Part shown: positions 1 through 8,817 of the stretch, piece by piece
Position numbering within the stretch: position 1 is the first letter of the stretch
Layout: each line of letters starts with the position of its first letter
From: Hydrogenophaga sp.
GTDB lineage: Bacteria > Pseudomonadota > Gammaproteobacteria > Burkholderiales > Burkholderiaceae_C
DNA length: 64,000 nucleotides
Direction: 5' to 3'
Assembly: GCF_025699295.1 (NCBI RefSeq)
Contig: NZ_JAILWB010000018.1
Span: 1,309 to 65,308 of the forward strand
The notes under the pieces: generated by a model
The model's input: only the letters and a program-made list of their open reading frames with translations
Told to the model about the DNA's origin: nothing
Databases searched by the model: none
Position numbers and translations under genes: made by a program

Positions 1-316
<316 letters not shown>

Positions 317-634
317 TCAGCCGAAGTGGCAGATGTAGTGGTAGGGCTCGGTCACGCGGATGTCGAAGCTGCTGTTGCCGGGGATGCTGAAGGACTCGCC
401 CGGGCCGGACTTGAGCCAGACCTCGCTGTCGGCCAGCTTGTACTCGCAGCCGCCGGCCACGCATTCCATGATCTCGGGCGCGCCGGTCTTGAAGGTGAGC
501 GCAGCGGGCAGCACCACGCCGACCGATTTTTTCGTGCCATCGGCCAGGGTGATGCCGTGGCTGACGCACTTGCCGTCGAAGTACACGCTGGCCTGGGTGT
601 TGACGGTCACGCCGTCGAATTGGGTGGTGCTCAT
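317..634 (-). CDS. ppnP: pyrimidine/purine nucleoside phosphorylase PpnP (YaiE/DUF1255 family)
   Basis: 105-aa ORF. The pattern YFDGKCVSHG...SVGVV...TFKTGAPEIMECVAGG...EPYHYICHF matches the small cupin-like PpnP family. Confidence 0.8.
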   Translation of the reverse strand: MSTTQFDGVTVNTQASVYFDGKCVSHGITLADGTKKSVGVVLPAALTFKTGAPEIMECVAGGCEYKLADSEVWLKSGPGESFSIPGNSSFDIRVTEPYHYICHFG

Positions 635-733
635 GGTGTGGGGAGTGAGGCGAGGACGAACGAAAGACGAAAGGCGAAACCGGAAAGGCGAAACCGCGAT
701 TTTAGGCCGCGGGCCAGCGTGGCGCTTGCGGGC

Positions 734-1081
734 TCAGAGGCGCTGCTGCCAGGCGGGGGCGTCGAAACCCACGGTGATGCGGCCGTCTGCCCACTGAACC
801 ACCGGGCGCTTGATCACGCTCGGGTTCGCCAGTGCCACGGCGCGCGCGCCGGCGGCGTCGGTCACCGAGGCGCGCGTGGCCTCGTCGAGCTGGCGCCAGG
901 TCGTTCCCTTGCGGTTGATCACCACCTCCCAGCCAGCGGCAGCCAGCCACTGGTCGAGCGCGGCCTCAGGCACGCCCTGCCTCCTGAAATCGTGGAAAGT
1001 GTGCGCGACGCCGTGTTCCGCCAGCCAGGCGCGGGCCTTCTTCACGGTGTCGCAGTTGGGAATGCCATGGACGGTGATCAT
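734..1081 (-). CDS. ArsC/Spx-family reductase (YffB-like)
   Basis: MITVHGIPNCDTVKKARAWL...INRKGTTWRQL...IKRPV is typical of the YffB/ArsC fold. Start placed at the internal ATG (1081) that gives the canonical MIT.YGI.NCDT N-terminus. ATG at 1090 is an alternative. Confidence 0.8.
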   Translation of the reverse strand: MITVHGIPNCDTVKKARAWLAEHGVAHTFHDFRRQGVPEAALDQWLAAAGWEVVINRKGTTWRQLDEATRASVTDAAGARAVALANPSVIKRPVVQWADGRITVGFDAPAWQQRL

Positions 1082-1136
1082 GGCCGGCATTGTCCGGCAT
1101 CCGTCAGGGGCGGGCCGCGATGGGACAATCGCGGCC

Positions 1137-2501
1137 ATGCTCGACATCCCGGTTCCCGATCACCCCACCACGCTGGCCGACTGGCTGGACCATGCCGAAC
1201 GCCTGCACCCGGTCACCATCGACATGGGGCTCGATCGCGTGCAGCGCGTGGCGCGGCGCATGGGCCTGGCGCTGGACTGCCCGGTGATCACCGTGGCGGG
1301 CACCAATGGCAAGGGCTCGACCTGCGCCATGCTCGAAGCCGTCTACACCCAGTCGGGCTACCGCACCGGCGTGTACACCTCGCCGCATCTCGTGCACTTC
1401 GAGGAACGCTGCCGCATTGCCGGCGAACCGGTGGCCGCCAGCGAGCTGCTGCCGGCCCTTGCCGAGGTGGAGGTGGCGCGCAAGGGCCAGGCCGGGGATG
1501 ACGAAGGGGGCGAGATCAGCCTGAGCTACTTCGAGTTCACCACGCTGGCCATCCTGCGCACGCTCGCGCGCGCCGGGCTGGACGTGGCGATCCTCGAGGT
1601 GGGCCTGGGCGGGCGGCTCGACGCCGTGAACATCGTCGACGCCGACTGCGCGGTCATCACCAGCATCGCGCTCGACCACATGGCCCTGCTCGGCAACGAC
1701 CGCGAGGCCATCGGTTTCGAGAAGGCCGGCATCATGCGCACGGGCCGGACGGTGGTGGTGAGCGACCCGGTGCCGCCGCAGAGCGTGATCGATCGCGCGC
1801 TGGAGGTCGGTGCCGACCTCTGGCGCCTGGGCAAGGACTTCCATTTCGCGGGTGACCAGCAGCAATGGGGCTGGGCCATGCACCCCTCGCACGGCGGCCG
1901 TCGCTACGCCGGTCTGGCCTACCCGGCGCTGCGCGGTGCCAACCAGCTGGTCAATGCCGCCGGTGTGCTGGCGGCGGTGGAAGCACTGCGAAGTCGCCTG
2001 CCGGTGACGGCGCAGGCCGTGCGCACCGGGCTGGCCCTGGTGGAGCTGCCCGGGCGCTTCCAGATCGTGCCCGGCACGCCCACGCTGGTGCTGGACGTGG
2101 CGCACAACCCGCATTCGGTGGCCGCGCTGGCGGAAAACCTCGACGCCATGGGCTTCTACCCGGGCACCCACGCGGTGTTCGGCGCCATGGCCGACAAGGA
2201 CCTGGGTGCCATGCTCGAACGCATCGCGCCGCTGATCGACCACTGGCATGTGACCGACCTGCCGCTGCCGCGCGCGAGCACCGCCGCCGCGCTGGCCGGC
2301 ATGCTCGACGCCCATCCGGCCACCGCGCCAGGGGGCAAAAGCCGCGTCGCGGGCCGCCATGCCAACCCCATGGATGCCCTGCGCGCGGCGGTGTCCCTGG
2401 CGGACCCCGCTGATAGAATCGTCGTCTTCGGATCGTTCTACACCGTGGGTGGCGTTTTGCAGGACGGCGTGCCCCGCATGTCGGCGAAACACCTGTCCTA
2501 G
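1137..2501 (+). CDS. folC: bifunctional folylpolyglutamate synthase / dihydrofolate synthase
   Basis: Mur-ligase P-loop VAGTNGKGST, the SPHLV..ER motif, and conserved folC-SPOR-cvpA-purF synteny. Start chosen at the in-frame ATG 1137 (MLDIPVP...) inside a longer ORF. Confidence 0.9.
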   Translation: MLDIPVPDHPTTLADWLDHAERLHPVTIDMGLDRVQRVARRMGLALDCPVITVAGTNGKGSTCAMLEAVYTQSGYRTGVYTSPHLVHFEERCRIAGEPVAASELLPALAEVEVARKGQAGDDEGGEISLSYFEFTTLAILRTLARAGLDVAILEVGLGGRLDAVNIVDADCAVITSIALDHMALLGNDREAIGFEKAGIMRTGRTVVVSDPVPPQSVIDRALEVGADLWRLGKDFHFAGDQQQWGWAMHPSHGGRRYAGLAYPALRGANQLVNAAGVLAAVEALRSRLPVTAQAVRTGLALVELPGRFQIVPGTPTLVLDVAHNPHSVAALAENLDAMGFYPGTHAVFGAMADKDLGAMLERIAPLIDHWHVTDLPLPRASTAAALAGMLDAHPATAPGGKSRVAGRHANPMDALRAAVSLADPADRIVVFGSFYTVGGVLQDGVPRMSAKHLS

Positions 2502-2559
2502 CCCCCCTCAGGAGCGTGCCTCCCGCCAGGCCTTTCATGGCGCCACGGTCCCATCCCGA

Positions 2560-3276
2560 ATGTTCAAATCCCGTTCAGGTTCCCAGGGCAACGCCTCGAC
2601 CCCACCGCCGCAGAGCATCGAGGCCGTGCGCCGCCGCGCGCGCCACCGCCTGATCGGCGCCTGCGTGCTGGTGTTGCTGGGCGTGGTGGGGTTCCCGCTG
2701 CTGTTCGATACCCAGCCGCGCCCGATACCGGTGGACATCCCGATCGAGATCCCCGCCCGGACGTCCACGGCTCCGCTGGCCAGGCCCGCTGCCGAGCCCG
2801 CCGCGCCCCGCGAGGAAGTGGCCGAGGTCGCGCCCAAACCGGCGCCTGCTCCCGCGCCGGTGACCGAGACCAAGTCCGCGCCTGCCCCTGCGCCGGTTGC
2901 CGAAACCAAACCCTCTCCCGCGCCTGCACCCGAACCCGCGAAAACGCCAGCGCCCGCGGCGGCGGACGCCGAGCGCGCCCGCGCGCTGCTCGAAGGCAAG
3001 CCGGCGCCGGTGCCGGCCAAGGCGGCCGCCGACGCCCCCGCCGCCGCCGAGCGGCTGGTGGTGCAGGTGGGCGCGTTTGCCGAGGAAGCTGGGGCGCGCC
3101 AGGTGCGCCAGAAGCTGGAGAGCGCCGGACTCAAGACCTACACGCACGTGGCCCAGACCGCGGAAGGCAAGCGCATCCGTGTGCGCGTGGGCCCGTTCGA
3201 CAGCCGCGCCGATGCCGACAAGGTCGCCGCGCGCGTGAAGGCCCTGGGCCTTCCCGCCGCGGTCCTGACGCTGTGA
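2560..3276 (+). CDS. SPOR domain-containing cell-division protein (DedD-like)
   Basis: N-terminal TM helix, an Ala/Pro-rich linker and a C-terminal SPOR fold (VVQVGAF...A..V..KL...G...Y......R.RVGPF..R..A). Sits in the usual position between folC and cvpA. Confidence 0.85.
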   Translation: MFKSRSGSQGNASTPPPQSIEAVRRRARHRLIGACVLVLLGVVGFPLLFDTQPRPIPVDIPIEIPARTSTAPLARPAAEPAAPREEVAEVAPKPAPAPAPVTETKSAPAPAPVAETKPSPAPAPEPAKTPAPAAADAERARALLEGKPAPVPAKAAADAPAAAERLVVQVGAFAEEAGARQVRQKLESAGLKTYTHVAQTAEGKRIRVRVGPFDSRADADKVAARVKALGLPAAVLTL

Positions 3277-3298
3277 GCTTCACGCGGGTGCGACGCCG

Positions 3299-3784
3299 AT
3301 GGTGCTGACCGACTGGGTGCTGCTGGGGGCTTTGCTGCTGTCGGTGCTGCTGGGCCTGTGGCGCGGGCTGGTGTATGAGGTGCTGTCTCTGGCGGGGTGG
3401 GTGGTGGCCTTCGTGCTGGCCCAGGCCTTCGCCGACGAGGCCGGTGCCTGGGTGCCGATGGAGGACCTGTCACCGCCGCTGCGCGTGGCGATCGGTTTCG
3501 TGCTGGTGTTCGTGGCCGTGGCGTTCGCGGCCGGTCTGGTGGCCTGGCTGGTGCAGAAGCTGGTGGCCTCGGTCGGTTTGCGTCCGGTGGATCGCGTGCT
3601 CGGAGGCGCGTTCGGGCTGGCGCGTGGTGCGGTGATCCTGCTGGCGGTGGCGCTGGTGGTGAGCATGACCCAGATGCAGGCCGCCTCGTGGTGGGCGGAC
3701 TCCGGCACGGCCGGGGTGCTCTCGGCGGCGCTGCAGGAGGTCAAGCCCTTGTTGCCCGAGGCGGTGGCCCAACATGTGCGGTAG
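3299..3784 (+). CDS. cvpA: CvpA family membrane protein (colicin V production protein)
   Basis: 161-aa polytopic protein with the N-terminus DWVLL..LLLSVLLGLWRGLV.E, located immediately upstream of purF. Confidence 0.85.
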   Translation: MVLTDWVLLGALLLSVLLGLWRGLVYEVLSLAGWVVAFVLAQAFADEAGAWVPMEDLSPPLRVAIGFVLVFVAVAFAAGLVAWLVQKLVASVGLRPVDRVLGGAFGLARGAVILLAVALVVSMTQMQAASWWADSGTAGVLSAALQEVKPLLPEAVAQHVR

Positions 3785-3819
3785 AACCTGTTCGCATTGT
3801 TTTTCCTGAGGATCGAATC

Positions 3820-5325
3820 ATGTGTGGAATCGTGGGCGTGGTCAGCAAGGCGCCGGTCAATCAGCTCATCTACGACGCGCTGCTGCTGCTGCAGCACCGC
3901 GGGCAGGACGCTGCGGGCATCGTCACGCAGCAGGGACGCAAGTTCTTCATGCACAAGGCCAAGGGCATGGTGCGCGACATCTTCCGCACCCGCAACATGC
4001 GCGCGCTGCCCGGCGTGTGTGGCCTGGGGCAGGTGCGTTACCCCACGGCGGGCAATGCCTACAGCGAGGAAGAGGCGCAGCCGTTCTATGTGAACGCACC
4101 CTTCGGCCTGGTGCTGGTGCACAACGGCAACCTGACCAACGCCAAGGCGCTGGCGCAGGAACTGTTCCAGACCGACCACCGCCACGTCAACACCGAGAGC
4201 GACTCCGAGGTGCTGCTCAACGTGCTCGCGCACGAGCTGGAAAAGGTCACGCGCGGCATCACGCTCAAGCCGGCCGATGTGTTCGCCGCCGTGCGCGGCG
4301 TGCACCAGCGCGTCAAGGGCTCCTACGCCGTGGTGGCGATGGTCGCCGGCCACGGCCTGCTGGCGTTCCGTGACCCGCACGGCATCCGCCCGCTGTGCAT
4401 CGGTCACAACAAGGACGGCGGCGTGATGATCGCCAGCGAGTCCGTCACGCTCGACGGCAACGGCTTCGAGCTCGACCGCGATCTGGTGCCCGGCGAGGCG
4501 GTGTTCGTCGACCTCGAAGGCCACATGCAGTTCCAGCAGTGCGCGGACAAGGTCAGCCACAACCCCTGCATCTTCGAGTACGTCTACCTCGCCCGGCCCG
4601 ACTCCGTGCTCGACGGCATCTCGGTCTATCAGGCGCGCCTGAACCTGGGCGTGACGCTGGCCAAGCGGGTCGTCTCCACGGTGCCACCCAACGAGATCGA
4701 TGTCGTCATCCCGATCCCCGAGTCCTCGCGCCCCAGTGCCATGGAACTGGCGCAACTGCTCGGCCTGCCGTACCGCGAGGGCTTCGTGAAGAACCGCTAC
4801 GTGGGCCGCACCTTCATCATGCCCGGGCAGGGCGTGCGCAAGAAGTCGGTGCGCCAGAAGCTCAACGTGATCGGTAGCGAGTTCAAGGGCCGCAACGTGC
4901 TGCTGGTGGACGATTCCATCGTGCGCGGCACCACCAGCCGCGAGATCGTGCAGATGGCGCGCGACGCCGGCGCACGCAAGGTCTACCTGGCCAGCGCCGC
5001 GCCGCCGGTGCGCTACCCCAATGTCTACGGCATCGACATGCCCACCCCCGGCGAACTCGTGGCGCACGGCCGCACGGTCGAAGAAGTGCGCGAGATCATC
5101 GGCTGCGACGCGCTGATCTACCAGGACGTCGACGCGATGAAGCAGGCCATCGGCTCGCTCAATCCGAAACTCACGGGTTTCGACGCTTCCTGCTTCGACG
5201 GCGTGTACGTCACCGGTGATATCACGCTGGACGACATCGCCCGCCTCAACGCCGGCCGCGACCAGGGCGAGGAGGGCGAGGAAGACACCTCGCGCCTGGC
5301 CCTGCCCAATGCACAGGCCGTTTGA
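3820..5325 (+). CDS. purF: amidophosphoribosyltransferase
   Basis: Starts MCGIVG (Ntn catalytic Cys2) and carries the PRTase motif VLLVDDSIVRGTT. In-frame ATG 3820 lies within a longer spurious ORF. Confidence 0.95.
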   Translation: MCGIVGVVSKAPVNQLIYDALLLLQHRGQDAAGIVTQQGRKFFMHKAKGMVRDIFRTRNMRALPGVCGLGQVRYPTAGNAYSEEEAQPFYVNAPFGLVLVHNGNLTNAKALAQELFQTDHRHVNTESDSEVLLNVLAHELEKVTRGITLKPADVFAAVRGVHQRVKGSYAVVAMVAGHGLLAFRDPHGIRPLCIGHNKDGGVMIASESVTLDGNGFELDRDLVPGEAVFVDLEGHMQFQQCADKVSHNPCIFEYVYLARPDSVLDGISVYQARLNLGVTLAKRVVSTVPPNEIDVVIPIPESSRPSAMELAQLLGLPYREGFVKNRYVGRTFIMPGQGVRKKSVRQKLNVIGSEFKGRNVLLVDDSIVRGTTSREIVQMARDAGARKVYLASAAPPVRYPNVYGIDMPTPGELVAHGRTVEEVREIIGCDALIYQDVDAMKQAIGSLNPKLTGFDASCFDGVYVTGDITLDDIARLNAGRDQGEEGEEDTSRLALPNAQAV

Positions 5326-5337
5326 AGGGGCCGGTTC

Positions 5338-6555
5338 ATGACGAAAAAGACACCTGCTGCTCAGGCCCTGCACCGCGACACGCTGGCCGTGCGCGAGGCC
5401 GTTGAACGCAGCCAGTACGGTGAGAACTCCGAGGCCCTGTACCTCACCAGCGGCTACGTGCAACCCAGCGCCGATGCATCGGCTCGCCGCTTCGCGGGCG
5501 AGGAGGACGGCTACACCTACGGCCGCACCGGCAATCCCACTGTCACCAGTTTCGAACAGCGCCTGGCCGCAATGGAGGGCACCGAGGCCGCCATGGCCAC
5601 CGCATCGGGCATGGCGGCCATCATGCTGATGTGCTTCAGCCTGCTGCGCTCCGGCGACCACGTGGTGTTCTCGCAGTCGATGTTCGGCTCGACCATCAAG
5701 CTCATCGGCACGGAGTTCGCACGCTTTGGCGTCGAATCGACCATCGTCGCCCAGTCCGACACCGATGCCTGGCGCGCGGCGGTGCGGCCCGGCACGAAAC
5801 TGCTGTTCGCCGAAACGCCCACCAACCCACTGACCGAGGTCTGCGACATCGCCGCGCTGGCCGACATCGCTCACGGCGCAGGCGCGCTGCTGTGCGTGGA
5901 CAACTGCTTCGCCACGCCGGCGCTGCAGCGCCCGGTGCTGCTCGGCGCCGACATCGTCATGCATTCCGGCACCAAGTTCCTCGATGGTCAGGGCCGCGTG
6001 ATGGCTGGTGCGCTCTGTGCACCCGAGGCCATGGTGCGCGAGAAATTCCTGCCGGTGCAGAAGAACGCGGGCATGGTGCTCTCGCCTTTCAACGCCTGGG
6101 TGGTGCTCAAGGGACTGGAAACACTGAGTCTGCGCATGAATGCGCAGAGTACGGCCACGCTCGCGCTGGCGCAGTGGCTGGAACAGCACCCGGCCGTGGG
6201 GCGCGTGTACTACCCGGGGCTGGCCAGCCACCCGCAGCACGAACTGGCCATGCGCCAGATGGGCGGTGTGGGTGGTGCGGTGCTGTCGTTCGAAGTCAAG
6301 GCTGCGGACGCCGCGCAGGCGCGTGCGCGTGCCTTCCATGTGCTCGACGCGCTGCAGGTGCTGTCGCTGTGCACCAATCTGGGCGACACCAAGACCTTGC
6401 TGACCCACCCGGCCAGCACATCACATGGCAAGCTGGCCGAGGCACAGCGGCAGGCGGCCGGCATCGGCCAGGGCCTGATCCGTGTCGCGGTCGGCCTGGA
6501 GCACCTCGACGATTTGAAAGCCGACCTCGCGCGCGGCCTGGACACCCTTTCATGA
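5338..6555 (+). CDS. metZ: O-succinylhomoserine sulfhydrylase (Cys/Met-metabolism PLP enzyme)
   Basis: YGRTGNPT and the PLP-lysine region [11 protein letters not shown]. The purF-metZ adjacency is typical of pseudomonads and betaproteobacteria. Confidence 0.85.
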   Translation: MTKKTPAAQALHRDTLAVREAVERSQYGENSEALYLTSGYVQPSADASARRFAGEEDGYTYGRTGNPTVTSFEQRLAAMEGTEAAMATASGMAAIMLMCFSLLRSGDHVVFSQSMFGSTIKLIGTEFARFGVESTIVAQSDTDAWRAAVRPGTKLLFAETPTNPLTEVCDIAALADIAHGAGALLCVDNCFATPALQRPVLLGADIVMHSGTKFLDGQGRVMAGALCAPEAMVREKFLPVQKNAGMVLSPFNAWVVLKGLETLSLRMNAQSTATLALAQWLEQHPAVGRVYYPGLASHPQHELAMRQMGGVGGAVLSFEVKAADAAQARARAFHVLDALQVLSLCTNLGDTKTLLTHPASTSHGKLAEAQRQAAGIGQGLIRVAVGLEHLDDLKADLARGLDTLS

Positions 6556-7940
6556 GCACCGTCAGAACCCGCTTCGCCCCGTCGCCCACCGGCTTCATCC
6601 ACCTCGGCAACATCCGCTCGGCGCTCTATCCGTGGGCCTTTGCGCGCTCGACCGGTGGTGCCTTCATCCTGCGCATCGAGGACACCGACCTGGAGCGGTC
6701 CTCGCAGGCCGCGGTGGACGTGATCATCGAAGGCATGAAGTGGCTGGGCCTCGACCACGACGAAGGCCCGTTCTACCAGATGCAGCGCATGGACCGTTAC
6801 AAGGCCGTGCTCGCCGAGATGGTGGCGGCCGGGCTGGTGTATCCCTGCTACATGAGCGTGGCCGAGCTCGACGCGCTGCGCGAACGCCAGATGGCCAACA
6901 AGGAAAAGCCGCGCTACGACGGCACCTGGCGCCCCGAGCCCGGCAAGACCCTGCCACCCGTGCCCGAAGGCGTGAGGCCCGTGCTGCGCTTCAAGAACCC
7001 GCAGGGTGGCGTGGTGGCCTGGGACGACAAGGTCAAGGGTTGCATCGAGATCGCCAATGACGAACTCGACGACCTCGTGATCGCGCGGCCCGACGGCACG
7101 CCCACGTACAACTTCTGCGTCGTGGTCGACGACATCGACATGGCCATCACCCACGTGATCCGCGGCGACGACCATGTGAACAACACGCCGCGCCAGATCA
7201 ACATCTTCCGCGCCCTCGGCAAGGAGCCGCCGGTGTACGCCCACCTGCCCACCGTGCTCAACGAGCAGGGCGAGAAGATGAGCAAGCGCAATGGCGCCAA
7301 ACCCGTCACGCAGTACCGCGACGAGGGCTACCTGCCGGATGCCATGGTGAACTACCTGGCGCGCCTGGGCTGGAGCCACGGTGACGACGAGATCTTCAGC
7401 CGCGCACAGTTCCTCGAATGGTTCAACCTGGACCACCTGGGCCGCAGCGCCGCGCAGTTCGACGAAACCAAGCTGCGCTGGGTCAACGCCCAGCACCTCA
7501 AGGCCATGGCCGACGACGCGCTCGCGCCGCTGGTGGCCGAGCAACTGCAGCGACTGGGCGTGGTTGCCGACGCGCGCCTGCCGCGCATCTGCGGCCTGTT
7601 CAAGGACCGCTGCGACACCACCGTGGCACTGGCGCAATGGGCAAAAGCCTTCTACGCCGACATCGCGCCCGATGCGGGTGAGCGCGCCCAGCACGTCACC
7701 GACGCTGTGCGCCCCGCGCTGGCCACGCTGGCCGACAGGCTCTCGGCCTGCGCCACGTGGGACAAGGCGGCGATCTCGGCGGCCATCAAGGAAGCGCTGG
7801 CTGCGCACAGCTTGAAGATGCCGCAGCTGGCGATGCCGGTGCGCGTGCTGGTGATGGGCACGGCCCAGACACCTTCGCTCGACGCCGTGCTGGAGTTGCA
7901 GGACAGGCAGGTCGTGCTGTCCCGTTTGCAGAAGGCCTGA
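6552..7940 (+). CDS. gltX: glutamate--tRNA ligase
   Basis: [19 protein letters not shown] (HIGH region) and KMSKRNG (KMSKS). The ATG overlaps the metZ stop (ATGA). Confidence 0.95.
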   Translation: MSTVRTRFAPSPTGFIHLGNIRSALYPWAFARSTGGAFILRIEDTDLERSSQAAVDVIIEGMKWLGLDHDEGPFYQMQRMDRYKAVLAEMVAAGLVYPCYMSVAELDALRERQMANKEKPRYDGTWRPEPGKTLPPVPEGVRPVLRFKNPQGGVVAWDDKVKGCIEIANDELDDLVIARPDGTPTYNFCVVVDDIDMAITHVIRGDDHVNNTPRQINIFRALGKEPPVYAHLPTVLNEQGEKMSKRNGAKPVTQYRDEGYLPDAMVNYLARLGWSHGDDEIFSRAQFLEWFNLDHLGRSAAQFDETKLRWVNAQHLKAMADDALAPLVAEQLQRLGVVADARLPRICGLFKDRCDTTVALAQWAKAFYADIAPDAGERAQHVTDAVRPALATLADRLSACATWDKAAISAAIKEALAAHSLKMPQLAMPVRVLVMGTAQTPSLDAVLELQDRQVVLSRLQKA

Positions 7941-7956
7941 AAAAATCGCCTATAAT
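7926..7956 (+). promoter_or_regulatory. putative sigma70 promoter of the tRNA operon
   Basis: TTGCAG (7926-7931), a 19-nt spacer, then a perfect TATAAT (7951-7956), about 63 nt upstream of tRNA-Ala. The spacer is longer than optimal. Confidence 0.45.
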
Positions 7957-8018
7957 TTGAGGCTTGCTGAAATGCACCGGGGGATGAAGATCGCCAGGGA
8001 CAGATCGGCAAACCCTGT

Positions 8019-8094
<76 letters not shown>

Positions 8095-8189
8095 CAATTT
8101 GAAGTCGCAATGGGTCTCTCATCGCGGCAACGGCAGGAAAAACAAGCTCTGCCGCTGCTACAATGCGAGGCTCTTTGAGTCCAGGTTAT

Positions 8190-8265
8190 GACCCTATCGT
8201 CTAGAGGCCTAGGACATCACCCTTTCACGGTGAGTACCGGGGTTCGAATCCCCGTAGGGTCGCCA
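8190..8265 (+). tRNA. tRNA-Glu (TTC)
   Basis: 76 nt. Acceptor stem GACCCTA/TAGGGTC, anticodon loop CTTTCAC, T-loop GGTTCGAATCC and an encoded CCA. Confidence 0.95.
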
Positions 8266-8333
8266 AACTAGCCGCAAGGCAGGCAGGCACAAGTGGTTGG
8301 CACTTGGTTCGCAAGAACGAAAGCCATCTACCA

Positions 8334-8410
8334 GGAGTGGTAGTTCAGTTGGTTAGAATACCGGCCTGTCACGCCGGGGGTCGCGGGTTCGAGCCCCGTC
8401 CACTCCGCCA
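8334..8410 (+). tRNA. tRNA-Asp (GTC)
   Basis: 77 nt. GGAGTGG.../...CCACTCCGCCA acceptor, anticodon loop CTGTCAC and T-loop GGTTCGAGCCC. Confidence 0.95.
8397..8410 (+). repeat. left copy of the 14-bp direct repeat (attL core, equal to the tRNA-Asp 3' end)
   Basis: CGTCCACTCCGCCA, identical to 10326-10339. Confidence 0.8.
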
Positions 8411-8444
8411 TTTTGGCCCAACGTAACCACACGTTGGGCCACAG

Positions 8445-8492
8445 AAAACCCGCTAAATCTTACGAGAAGTCGTTGATTTTGTGGGTTTTTTT
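8445..8492 (+). terminator. possible terminator for the tRNA operon in its present configuration
   Basis: AAAACCCGC (8445-8453) pairs with GTGGGTTTT (8481-8489), including one G:U pair, and is followed by a T-run to 8492. The loop is large (27 nt), so confidence is modest. Confidence 0.35.
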
Positions 8493-8559
8493 ACGCCTGA
8501 ACCCAGCGAAACCCCACATGACGCCCACTACCCGCACATGGCCCCCACGGGCCTAGTTT

Positions 8560-8580
8560 GCTGGTATCCCTGCTGGTATC
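8560..8580 (+). repeat. tandem 9-mer GCTGGTATC x2 with a 12-bp period (candidate arm-type recombinase site)
   Basis: GCTGGTATC cct GCTGGTATC. It shares GGTATCGG with the right-end repeat at 10271-10278. Confidence 0.5.
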
Positions 8581-8667
8581 GGTAGGAATCTTTGTGGGCA
8601 TCCATTCGGCCCCATGCAGGCATCCAGAGTCCGCCATGCCGGCCCACCTTCGCACTTGCCGCAACTC

Positions 8668-8696
8668 TTGCTTGATTCGCGCAGCGTGAGTATGTA
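8668..8696 (+). promoter_or_regulatory. possible sigma70 promoter for the methyltransferase gene
   Basis: TTGCTT (8668-8673), 17 nt, then TATGTA (8691-8696), about 120 nt upstream of the ORF start. Confidence 0.3.
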
Positions 8697-8817
8697 GCTT
8701 ACTTACTGCTAATCAAAACGCCGCGCCCGCCCGCTCGACACGAATGGGAAAGCTCGACCAAATAGGCCGAGCCGCGACGGCAAAACTCTCACCCCCATCC
8801 GCAAGAGACTATGACTT

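Noticed and set aside
3280-6408. 1042-aa minus-strand ORF spanning cvpA, purF and metZ
   Set aside because: The opposite strand carries three well-supported genes with catalytic motifs. The ORF has no motifs and typical antisense high-GC composition. The same reasoning applies to 10344-11387, 21129-23327, 40069-43284, 58479-60392 and 60523-62319.
8415-8440. Perfect 9-bp hairpin GGCCCAACG-N8-CGTTGGGCC right after tRNA-Asp as an intrinsic terminator
   Set aside because: No T-run follows it on the plus strand (ACAGAAAA), and reading the other strand gives no T-run either. It may be a processing or stability element, but it is not a canonical terminator.
8411-8817. Search for an integrase or excisionase remnant next to tRNA-Asp
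   Set aside because: I translated the minus strand of 8641-8817 by eye and scanned the plus strand of the region. Only short, stop-interrupted or motif-less peptides appear, and nothing resembles a tyrosine recombinase C-terminus. The region is treated as non-coding.
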